Positions 24,160 through 35,667 of a DNA stretch of 64,000 nucleotides are shown piece after piece. The position numbers were made by a program, and so were the translations under genes. The notes beneath the pieces were generated by a model. That model was given only the letters and a program-made list of their open reading frames with translations. It was not told the DNA's origin and did no database searches. Each line of letters opens with the position of its first letter. The first letter of the stretch is position 1. Source of the stretch: Takakia lepidozioides (Eukaryota > Plantae > Bryophyta); contig CM060733.1 in the NCBI GenBank assembly GCA_030704615.1, positions 23,870,001-23,934,000 on the forward strand, read 5' to 3'.

Positions 24160-25374
24160 CCGTTGAATTCTCGGCCACAAGCTCCATTGGGGACATCAAA
24201 ATTCAAAACATCACCAGGTTTTGCTCGAGCTTGTGTAATGAAAGTTAGCTCTGGGCTCAAATAACCCTCAATCCAAAAGACCTTGTTTGCGCACTTGTGT
24301 CTGAAGTCTGGTGACCTTGGACCTTTCTGTGAAAACCACCAGTGGGCAGCTGAGCAGCCACAGCTTTGAACAACCATAGCCTCACATAGACCAGGCTAAC
24401 ACTGCCAGAGCTCCAGGCATTTTTCGAATACCAGGGAATGGCCTTGATCAACCTACTTTTAAACAAGCCAGCAACAGCAGGGCCGCTTTTGCTGCTTTTC
24501 CCAGCCAACGAGTAAACTTTGTCATCCATTGAAGCAACTCGAGACACTCATTTTACAAAACATCATATGCCATCTTCTATCACAATTCCTCTTTGACAGA
24601 CTCTTTCTGACATACATGCATATAGCCTCACCTTATCAAACCTGTCGTCCCACCGCTGTGCAGGCTCTGAGAAGAACTTCTGCCAGAGCTGTTCTTTGCT
24701 CATTGTTTGACCTGTGTGCAAGTACTGCGAGAACATGAGAACTCTGCTGGCTCCAATTGCCTTGCCATCCTAGTGCACAAAAAGACCATTTTAGCAGCTC
24801 CTAGTTAAACTGGTTGCTACTGTAGGCTTTCCATAAACTTAACACCTTAGGCATAAAAATGAAGTTAGGCAGAAAACTTCCCTGAACTTGTTTCCAGTCT
24901 GTGACATGGGAGAGGCCATCATGGATGACCTCAAGGGTTTACCCACCCTCAGCACTAGACTGTAATTTAAACTCAGGGCGGGAAGCCTACCTTTGAACAG
25001 CAAACAGAAGCAGAAAGGAAAGGGGGATTGCAAATGCCCGTTGTGTGGGCAACCTGAAGACAATATTCACATTCTGATTCATTGTCCTGGGTACTCTCAC
25101 CAGAGAGACGTCCTCTTCAAATCCATCAAGGGAATTGTGCCTGTACCTCTGTTTATCAACTTTGTAAAGTCTCGAGGCTGAGCCAAAAGCCCAGGCCCTT
25201 TTGGGGCCTAGTTATTGGGCAAACCACACACAGCAGATTGATGCTTGTATAAAGGGATTTCTAGAGGATATCTGGAAAACTCGGATCAATTGTCTGTTCC
25301 AAGGTAAGTCATACTACCGGTGTCAGCCCCTGACAAAGGTAGTTTCCGTCCCTTTGTGTTCTGAACAAACAACG

Positions 25375-25412
<38 letters not shown>

Positions 25413-25698
25413 GTGCAATCACGGCCACATAAATCAAACCTGTTTCCGGGAGCGGTGCTGGAGTCAGCAAACTGTCTTCAAGCATAATGTTTATACCAGC
25501 CCTTGCATCAATTCAAGTGCATGCCCCAAAATTGTCCCTGTATGTGGGCGAGCAATGCGCTTTAGCTTGCTCCACAGCCTGGCCTGTTGATCTGCTGCCT
25601 GATGTGGGGCTTCCCGCCCTTTCACAGCAAGGAGAAGCCAGGGCTTTGAGTGCGGCCATCCCCTGCGAGCTGAAGAGGGCAGTGGAGCTGGCTGCCAT
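24160..25698 (-). CDS. Upstream exons of the PPR gene: transit-peptide-like exon (25698-25440, internal TGA), PDF exon (24711-24632), PDF second half from 24326
   Basis: Canonical GT-AG junctions with matching phases give MAASSTALFSS...ETG|GQTMSKEQLWQKFFSEPAQRWDDRFDK|KGPRSPDFRHKCANKVFWIEG. The paralog at 12.6-13.4 kb has the same exon structure. Confidence 0.7.
24993..25300 (+). mobile_element. Non-LTR retrotransposon (LINE) 3' fragment, zf-RVT-like, in PPR intron 1
   Basis: CKCPLCGQPEDNIHILIHCP...FLEDIWKTR resembles the C-terminal CCHC region of LINE ORF2; interrupted by a stop. Confidence 0.65.
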
Positions 25699-25907
25699 GC
25701 CCGCACGAAGGACACATCTGTTTTGGGTTACTTCTCCTTCCTTGACACCTGGCGGTCTTCTTACATCAATGTTTCAGGTGCCCATGTGTTGAGGTTTAGA
25801 GAAGCCAAAGTTGGCAAAACAATCCCAAAAGTTTTTTTGCTACAGCTGAAAATCAAAGTTCATGACACAGCAAGGTAAATATAAATGACTGCATACACAT
25901 CCTGTGA

Positions 25908-26079
25908 CTTTTTCTTTTTTTCTCTTAAGGGGAAACACCTGGGAGCAACAGCTCACAAATCAGGCCCCTTGATAGAGGAGGGAAAGGGGGGGGGGGCCCG
26001 CACCCGTCAAGTAGCAGGATTTGACCCCAGGGTCATCCGGATGGCACTCAGTGCACTTTACCAACTGAGCTACTGACTG
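25908..26079 (-). mobile_element. tRNA-derived SINE
   Basis: Minus strand has A-box TAGCTCAGTTGG, B-box-like GGGTCAAATCC, a non-tRNA body and an A-rich tail. The cloverleaf is imperfect and no clear TSD was seen. Confidence 0.65.
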
Positions 26080-26317
26080 TGGGTAAAAGTTATGAAACTT
26101 GGTGTGAAGGTGGATTGTCCGCTGTTTTTTTTTCTTCTTTCTTTTTGTCTGCTGTAGAATGTGCAACCAGAAAAAACTTTGTAAACAGGAAATGAGACAT
26201 TCAAATTGAGTCTCGTGCTTTTTTGCTCCTCTTTCTCTTCTATCTCTATGTGTGTTCTTTTTCTGCAGACTTTTGCACCTTAGTCACGAAGCAGGGTCTT
26301 CCTAGATCAGCCTCTAT

Positions 26318-28450
26318 AGGCCCGAGCACATGAGCCCAAAAAGTGGCGAATTCGCAGTGCCAGGGCGTGTCAGCGGGGCCGACCGTGGGGAAGCGAACCC
26401 CACGTTCGCTTCACCTAGCGAATTCCTTCGCCGTAGGTAAAGTGAATTATTTTTTTCATCTTGCAGAGTAGAAATCTTATTTTATCCAGTAAAAACGGAG
26501 CTTCATATTCTCGCACCTGCGCAGGACCTGCGGTACTGTACGGGTTTTGACTTTTTAAGTCTATGCTCTCTATACAGTAGAGCAAACATGGAAGATTTCG
26601 TCCTAGCTCATTCTTGGGTTATTTTTTAGAGGGAGTTGAAGGGTGTTCTTCTTCCTCTCCTCGAGATGTGCAAAAAAATGTGCAAGCTCTTCAAGCTCCT
26701 CCAAACCATTTGCAGGAAGTCCAAGCTCCGAAAAATCATGTGTAGTTAGTCCTGGCAACTCAAGGAAATGGTGGGAGACTATGGACAAATCCCTGCATTG
26801 AGTTTTTGTTGGATTTAGGGGAGGAGAAACATTGGGAGTATAACCGAGGCCACATGAGATAAGTCAATTGGAAAGAGTTTGCAAAGCTGTTGAACCTGAA
26901 CTTTGCAATAGACCTGGAAGCAATGTAGAGACAAAATCAACAAGATGAGGGACAAGTACAGAGAGGAGAAAGAGAAGACTAAGGTGACAGGTGCCCCGCC
27001 TTCAGATTGGCCTTGGTATTTTACAACATTTTGGGAAGAACCTCGAAAATTAATGGTGTCCCTCATGCTGCTGTCGATCAGGGAGTTCATTCTACTCATA
27101 CTGAGACTGTGGAAGTGAGTGATGATGAGGATACTGTTCCACAAACTCAGCAAGAAGATATACCGAGGACTCCGAGCGAACGCAAGACTCATGTTTTTGG
27201 TGAAGGTGTTGAGGGTATTGCACCTGAGCAAGCTGCCTCAACTAATTCACCAAGGACCAAATTGCAGATGTTATGTGAAAGAAATTGAGAAGCTGAAGAT
27301 GGAAATAACTGAGAGACTCATTACTCAGATGTTTCAGAGTGAATAAGAAGGGAGAGAGATGATACTGCAAGGACAATTGCAGATGGATGCGTTCTTTGCA
27401 GAGGTTCTGAAGCCTAAAGAATAAAGCGGAGCTTAGTATGGATTAGGGTGCTTTAAGTTGTTTGTGGGAAAGCATCCAAATGTTGAGTTACAGCTGCAAT
27501 AAAAAATTGTTTGATCTCAATACCAAATGGAGTACAGTTAATGCGTTTAGGCCTCAGCTGGATTATCTATCAACCACTGCTCAAACAACTTAGTCCATAG
27601 TCTTTCTCCTTCAGCTTTTGCAATCTCTCCATCCCTCAGTGTCAGTAATCTATCAATTCCAAAGCCCGTCAGATGATCTCTTCTAGCTGGGGCATTGGCA
27701 AGCTCTGGCTCATGAGCACCCCACAACTCACAATAATTATGCAAGACACAACAAGCTACCGCAATTCTAGCAGCTCTATCAACTCTGGAATTAAAATGTT
27801 TCAGAATACATCATCTATTTTTTAGAGATAGCATTTTCTATTGACACCCTGCCTGAGTTCATGCTAGAATCAAATCTCCTCTTCTCTATGTCAGAATGAT
27901 TGCGGGTTTTTCAATTCTTCTGCAAGTAGGTGCGGATAGGATATTCTGCATCTCCAATCAAGTATGAAGTGCATCTCATGCCTCCAACTGTGACCACTGG
28001 CTCTTGAAGAATCTCACGAGTCCTCAATTGTCTATACAAGCTGGACATCTTGAACTATCCTCCATCATGAACCTCTCCTGGATGGCCTGCACAGACATTC
28101 CAAAATCTCTTGTCTACACACAGTTTCGTAAGGTAACATAAAGAAACATCCAAATGAGGAAAACCTTTCCCATGAGAGCTCGGTCCATTTTTCTAGTCTT
28201 GGTTTTGATAAACAAGCCTGAGCGTGTAATGGCAAGCACCTCAACGTGCAATGGCTGGCACCTGAGCATGTAAGGGCAAGCACCGAGCCTCCGTAACAAC
28301 CAACTCCAAAAGGAAAAACACGACAGGGCCAACCGCCGTTCGTTGCATGTGCGGGGTACGGCCCTTCGCTTCGCTTCCTTGACATGGGGCCTACCAGTGG
28401 CGAATTCGCCAGGCGAACGGGAATGAGCAAAGGTACATGTGCGCGGGCCT
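26318..28450. mobile_element. PIF/Harbinger DNA transposon (degenerate), with convergent Myb/SANT-like and DDE transposase remnants
   Basis: 15-bp TIRs AGGCCCG(A/C)GCACATG with 3-bp TSD TAT. Plus strand ~26760-27420 has a trihelix-like remnant (RDKINKMRDKYREEK..GAPPSDWPWY). Minus strand ~27547-28090 has a HARBI1-like remnant (GRVSIENA, ACCVLHNYC). Confidence 0.88.
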
Positions 28451-28740
28451 TATGGCACTCTGTTTTTTAGGTTATTTTTTCCACATGATCTACAAGATGT
28501 TTTACCTTTTTATTAATAAAGTTTCCAGGGCTCCCATCCACTATTCTCTTAAGAAAAAAAAAAAACGCTTTGTAAACTGTAGAGAATTGTTTTTTTGTTT
28601 TTTTTCTTTTTTCTTTCCTTCATTTTCTTTTAAACAGGGGAGAGAGGCCTTGATGGTAACTTTATGTGGGATCATATGGGGAAAAAAATGCCCCTCATAG
28701 TGAGGACTCATGGGATATAGTTATGCTTCCATGGGATGTA

Positions 28741-28925
28741 GGTGGGAGAGCTCGGGGTGTATGTGGGGGAGCTCGGGACGTAGTCGGGGGAGCTCGGGGT
28801 ATAACCGGGGGAGCCCGAGACGTAGTCGGGGGAACCTGGGGTATAACCAAGGAAGTCCGGTTGAGGACCGGAGAGTCTGGGGGATGGCCGAAAGAGGTTG
28901 GAGTGTGGCCGAGGGAACCCGGGGT
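28741..28925. repeat. Degenerate 21-bp tandem repeat
   Basis: About 8 units like GGGGGAGCTCGGGACGTAGTC; reads as PPTTSRA repeats on the minus strand. Confidence 0.75.
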
Positions 28926-31635
28926 ATCACATCCATCCAAAGCATCATCCTCGGATTCTGAGGTATACACCTAAATTCAAATACAATAACAAATAACTAA
29001 ATAAGAATATTACTTAAACTACAACCATGTAAGTGATACTTATTCATAGTTAATAAACAAATACACACCTAAACTTTAATTACAAAGAAATGAATAGGCT
29101 ACTTTCAAAATGACAAAAGACTTAGTGAAATAATAAATTACCTACCGATGTGGGGAAAGAGGAGGGGGTGACCCAGGGATGCCTCGGCGTGAGCATGGTG
29201 GAGTGAGCGCAGCAGCGCTCACGCCACGTCACCTTGAGCGAATGCCACGTCACCGGGCTCACTCCACGTCATCGAGCTTAAACGCCACATCAACGCGCAC
29301 CAAGTAAGAAGCAGAGTGTATTTCCACGGAAGAGCACCCTCAACCGCGGAAACAAGTTGGACGAAATAATAAAAGGACGTGGTCATTCCCACCTGAAAGC
29401 AACAGATGAATGCAAGAGGATGAATGTAGAGTGGATGAGAAATAGATGGATGTGCGGGAACAATGCAAGCAGATGGATGAATGTGGGATGGATGTTGAAT
29501 AATGGAAAATATTCTTGAATGGAGGATGCATGAATACACATTAGATGAATGCACAATGGATATGCAATGAGTGTGAGGGGTTTGTGGGATGGATTCATGA
29601 AGATTGACATTTGAATCCGAGTGGATTGTTTGTTTCATTTTCTTTTCTGCCGGAACAACTGCAACGAGGCAAGGGAATTCAATCATTTCCGAATAGGATA
29701 TAAACAGAACATTAAGAATGCGAAGTTCAGTCTGACTCAGAGTCAATACAATGTATCCTCGCGTCCTCTGCATCCAAGTCCAAGAATTTTAGAACTTCGG
29801 ATCTACCATGGCTACTCCTGCGATCGGGCAATAAGAAGTCAGGGGATAGAGCCTCAGCCATTTGAAGTGTCATTGCTTCGGCATATACATGAAGCACAAA
29901 AGTGGAAAGGGGACTGTCGAAAACAGTCTCGGCACAAATGGGGGTTTCTCCTGAAGATCCATCGTTGCCGTTCTTGCAAGCACAGCATGATAAAAGTTAT
30001 TACTGCAAATTTGATGTCTGCGAAATTGAACAAGCACCCAAATTGGAATGACAATTCCATGACCGACTTACTCACATGAAAAGTCGTTGTCGATCTGCTT
30101 ATCCTCGGTATCCTCATCATTTCTGATTTGAATTTGTTCAGTCTGTATGCCAGACGTAGAGCCAGACACAAGAGGGAGGAGGACACTCTTGAATAGTTCG
30201 GTGTCGCCCTCCATGCCAAAAGGCTTCTCCCGCCAACCTTGCAAGCACGATAAGTCGCACCTGCCAAGACAAAAAGCCTCAAGAAGGTTGTAGAGGTGCA
30301 AACTGGAAAACCTCGAAAATGGGAACAGTATTGAACCAACAAACCTGTGGATAGTGTGAGGTCGACCACCCCTTGCTGAATGGTGGCTCCATGACTCCAA
30401 GAGCGTCTGTCTGCATGAACGTTTGGGGTTCTCTCCCTATTGCACCTCTCCACGGAAACCCATCTGGTCTTTTGGCTGTTCTGACTGGAGTGCATGAATT
30501 GTAAAGCATGTCATCCACATGCGGTTCATATGGAAGGGGGGTTGATGAAACACCCCTGGTCGGAAATTTCAAAGCTACGAACGGAGGATGGTGTTTTGGA
30601 GGTGCGAATCCTCCTCAGGTAGATTGCCTCAAACATCCTTGTCTGGAAAAGATGCAAGGGAGGGGTGAAACATGGAAATATTGGAGGAAGTCTGGCACAG
30701 GAAGGAACAAAACATGGATTGCAAATGAAAACTACAATGGAATGTATTTGTGATGATCGGCGCCGATCATCACAGATGGTGGTAGAGGTTTACTATTTCA
30801 TGAGCAGAAACCATGAGCCATGAGCCATGAGCCGCATGAGCCGCATGAGCGGTGAGCCGAAGTCTAAGATACGCGGATTTCATGAGCGGACTCCTCCAAA
30901 TTTGGAAATGCGGCAGATTAAACAAGTATTAAAATAATAGTTTTTTATTTGACCTTGCCGTTTTTGGACGTTCCAGATCATGTAATGCGGCGAAGATATG
31001 TCGTCAGTAACAAGTCCGCTCATGGTTTTATAGATCCGCTCATGGAAATAAGTGACCGTGCAACGGGAAATCCAGTATACCACTGCAAAAGGACGTCGCA
31101 TACTGGCCTGTATAGAGTATTCCGCGGTTTTACATGCCTTAACATTGGAATGAAGCTGACCCTTTTGCCGCGATTGAACCAATGGAGTCTGCACCAATAC
31201 AGTCTGCAGTACTTCACAATTCTGTCTTCTTCGGGTATTCGGCGGGAAAGGTTTGCAACTGAACTGGGAAATAGGGTGCCGCATTAGGGTTCGCACGTGC
31301 GAAATTTCGGAGCGGTTTGGTGTTGGCGAAGGCCGCCTCTGGGGGTACCTACGACGATACTTGGAAATTCGGCGCCGCATTTCCTTGTCGGAGGTCGAAT
31401 GAGGAGAGCAAGTTTTCGGAAAGCAGAAAAACATGAACCCTCCAACATACAAAAATACATGCACGTGGAAACAAGTGAACGATATAGTAATATCTTAGTT
31501 CGATCAAAACAGGTTACTGGTAGGCAAGACATATGTCGGACCTTTGTGTGGCCAGAGTCTGAGGTACTGGCAGCAGTACAGTTCTACTATCCGAAAAGGA
31601 TGGGCGTACCATTGTATGTGGACCGCAAGCCAAGC

Positions 31636-34600
31636 TCACTGGTCCCCTGGATCCATATTCAGAAGAGTGTGAACCTCCTGGGGGCTCAACCCTGGTGCAT
31701 GTATGAAGTGATGAGTTGTGGAATTACAACGGAGTCTCTTTAGGTACACGTAGTACAAATGCTTGCAAGGGCAGTATGATGCCCCCTTGTTCGCCATGAT
31801 CTGGAAGTCGGTGCAATTGCAGGTGGGTAATTCTGAAATGGTGATGGTGTACACCTCATTGCGAACAGCTGAGCCCGCCGTGGCCATCTGATACACACGC
31901 CCGAATCCTGGTGGGGGCACTTCTGTCGAGCTCTGGATTGTACAGTTCATCCGAAGTGCATTCCCCATCCTTGTCTCGTTCACTTTTGAGGGAGGTCGCC
32001 GCCTCTTCGGTTTCCCCCAACGGTGTGTAGGATGCTTAGAGCTGTCGTGTCCCATTGTTCTTGCTCTCACAGGGGTCGGTGGTGGAGGCTGTGGAAGCGG
32101 AAATGGTTGTCTGGGGACGTCAGTGCGCTGCACCATCCGAAATCCTGCGGCGGTAAGGGCGTCGGCCTCAACCTGACTCAGATCGCAGCCTGGTTCCACC
32201 GGCCACACCGGGGGAGCCTCTGGCATTGTTGTATGCCGTACTTGGGCTTTCCATACACGCAAGTCATAATGTCGTGCCTGCAGAACCAGAACTGGGTGGT
32301 TGTCGCCTCCGCAAACTTTGCATGGACAAATCTTCCTGTAAAAGTAGGAGCAGGGACAGCCCCATCTGGATTCCTCCTTATCATCTCTAAACAACGTTGC
32401 CGTGTATCCACACGAATTGCGGAACACCTTCCTCGAAACGACGGCTTTGTGCGAGCAATTCTCCACTGTGAGGCAGACACAGTCGTCTCCACAATGGCTT
32501 GGCCATACTGCATAACAGCGGGCGGAATGTGGGGCAAGGGAGCGGTGGGAATTTGTTGCACGAAATCCCCGTTGAAGGCGACGGCGATCTGGAATTTCTT
32601 GGGCTTCCACTGCTGGAAGACACATTGTGCGGCAACATGACGGGACCTCGAGGTGCTGTCCGAATGTTCCTGTCGGATCTCCAGGAATCCTCTTCGCACC
32701 CGGGTTCCTCTTCAATCCTCCGCCTGACAGGGCGAGTCCGGACGTCCCCCTCTAGGTGTTCACCTCTGCGGTGCAGAGGCGTCCCTTTGATCTTCTCTCG
32801 CAATGCTGTCGCCCATTTCACTGGATTCTTGGACCTCGAAGCTGTTCGTACCAACAATTCCTCCCTGTCCGGCCCAAAGCCCCATTGTTTGCCGCTCAGG
32901 AACTTGTAGTACGTGGCTTGCTGCATGATTGCTCTGTCGATGTCCTCCGTTGTGGCCGTCACTACGTCCACCAGATGTGCGGCAGAAGACGCTCGCCAGG
33001 AGGAGTGGACCGATTCTGCCATATTCGTGTTCGGCATGTCCGTGTCGGAATCCAAGCACCGCTCCTAGAAGGACACAAACAACGGTGAGGGACCAATCGA
33101 AATGTCCGTAACAGAAAGACAAATGAACGAAAATTGACAGCAGCCTACCTCCCGCATGTACTGTCCGAACTGTCGATACCGAAAATGCCACCACCCCAAC
33201 CAGCTGTGCAATGCTCCCAGATTGGTTGTCTCCACTGCACCTGACGTGTTCCACCAAGCCTCGATGATAGCAAACTTAACCTCCGCGTCATCAAATGTGG
33301 GTGCATCCTTCCACGCCGTACAAAGGACACGGTGTTCAGCCTGGAATGAGCTAGCAACAAATTTGGTAGTGTAGTGGGATAGACTCTGCATCCAATGGAA
33401 TCCACAGGATCTCTCTTTCCCCTCCATTGGAACATTGGGTCCTCACCGTACACACGCCGCACCGCTGCCCAGTTGGCCTGAGCGTTGTCTGCCATGAATC
33501 CCCTGAAATTGGGCTCTGGCAATCCCGCCCTTGCCATCTGCTCGTTTATGCCCTCCCACAGATGCATCTCGGACTGTGTGTCCTCCCCTTTCATCTCGCA
33601 GATTGCAATCGTCATGAGCCTCTTGGAGTGATAGTCATAAACATGCGCACCCATAGTCACCCACTGATGGTTTGTAATTTGCTTGATGTGATCAAACATC
33701 ACCCAAGCATTCGACAAGTTTCCAGTTGTCATGCGAGTGACCAAGTCGACTCCACTCCCAGGCCCACACGTCGACATTTTGAAAATGTAACAACGATCGG
33801 ATTCGCTGCCTTGCCCTGGAAACCTGCTACCTTGGATGTAGTCATATCCAGTCATTCGTTTCACCTCCAGGATTGAGTACATGTCCGACCCCTGCCGAAC
33901 TCCTGCTTGCAAGATACGATGTGATTCCGCACATTCGGACTACAAACGTGCGAGACGGACTCCAAGAGGTCACGCATCTCGTCTTCGGTCAAGGGCTCTC
34001 GGTCGGAACCATCTTCAGACATGATTTTGCCAAGAGCAATCTTGTGGGCTGCCTTCAGCTGAATCTGCTTTGGTCTGGCTCCGGGGCTCAATTTCACCTC
34101 CTCTTTTATGATGTCGTGTGCTTCCTGCACAGCCTCACGCATGTTGCCTCTCGCCAAGGGGTGGCAGTGGACCCCAACGTGTATGCAAGCTCTAGTCAAG
34201 TCCGGGAGCAAATGGATTACGTAATATTGCTTGGCTCTGCACATGGACATGCACGTCGGTGGTTCTTTGCAATGTGCACACTTGAAAGAACCCGCAGGAG
34301 CTTGGCTGGAGACAATGAATGGATGATGCGTTGTGCCAGTCCAATCCGTCTCGTTTCTCCGCCCTCCTTTGGAGAGAAAGTGGAAGCAGGTGGGATTGAG
34401 GCACCTCAGCTTCCCCGCACAGAGGACATATCGTACACGAACACCATCAGCAATTTTCGTGCTACTGGTCTTCGTCACACACCAGGGGTGTCCGTCATGC
34501 TTTCGATCCATGTCTGTTAACATCCCGGAGGCTTTCTTTGACGAAGAAACAGGTGGAAACTCGAAGATGACATTGCCATCGACTTCGGGAGGCAGAAAAG

Positions 34601-35240
34601 TTACCTTTCTGACTGGGAATTTGGCATAGTCGAGAGCAGCCAGCTCGGAGCGAGAACCATCGAGGTGATGTTGTCGTAGGAGCTGCACAATGGACCGGGT
34701 TGGAGTTATGCTCGAGGGCACATGCGTAGCACCTACAGAGACGTCCATGCCGGATTTGAACGACCGTGTGGAGGACATGGGTACCTCAATGCAATCATCT
34801 TCCTCGTCGGAAATGTCGAATACGTCCACACGAGAAGCTATGGAGGGTCTTGACGGTCCAGGTCGGGAATGATTATCGTTGCATACCTCTCTGTTGGCAG
34901 TGGCCGCCTCTCGGTTTCCGGACTCCTTTGTGGATGGTGTGGGCAGCGACTGATTCGGAAAGGGAATGGGCATTCCCACAGCTCGGTACAGGATGGTGTC
35001 TGACGGGGGAACGTGCCATTCGATTCCGCAACCTCCGTCGTTACCTAGCACGACAATGGTCTCGTCAACCTGTCCAGGAACATCCTTCCTTTCTTCTTCC
35101 AAATAAACTGTGCCCGGTTTGAGCTTGAATTTGGAACAAAGGTAAGTTTCAGTCACTCTGCAAAGTCCTCCCTCGTTTGGGATCCAGGCTCTCCCAAGTT
35201 GCGGAGGACAGCAAACTATAGCGTAGGAATTCGGAGCCAT
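31636..35240 (-). pseudogene. MULE-type DDE transposase with N-terminal GCM-like (WRKY-GCM1) Zn domain and C-terminal SWIM finger; frameshifted
   Basis: HDGHPW..CAGKLRC...C..CAHC..C..HVGVHCHP (~34500-34158). Catalytic-like WVMFDH, FMADNA, CGFH and TNMAESVH. In-frame intron 33148-33065. SWIM motif PTCNCTDF..CKHL (~31830-31755). About 4 frame changes. Confidence 0.8.
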
Positions 35241-35667
35241 CGAACACCGCACGGAGTTGGCAAGTGCGAGGTTCAGTATAGCGACAGACCAAGGCTCACA
35301 GGCACCATCTAAGTGGATCTGCGGAGTCCATCGACGATTGGAAGTCGCACATTGAAGTGGAAAGTATTGTTTCAAGCTACATGCATGAAGGTGGGAGGTT
35401 TGATTCCATAGCCAGTGAGTAGGACAATGATGGCCGATTCGGCGACGAAATAACATCTCCTGACAGTTTCTCCTGAGGGTGGATCCAGCAGTATTCTCGG
35501 TGCAGACAGGAACGTTCGCACTGACAAGTGCCAGGACTGCTGGTTAAAACGGTCAGACAACCAAGTTGTGCTCATCAAGACTGGCCGCAATTGTGTTGTT
35601 TCGGAACAATGCAACCCATTGAGGTTCCAGATTTCCCGTCCCGAGTGATTCTGTCGATTGCTGGTGG

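Noticed and set aside
25378-25409. (CT)n/(GA)n microsatellites here and at ~19-33, ~1519-1538 and ~56936-56966
   Set aside because: Ordinary plant simple repeats.
26006-26079. Functional tRNA gene
   Set aside because: Imperfect stems, altered T-loop, and an attached body with an A-rich tail; better explained as a SINE.
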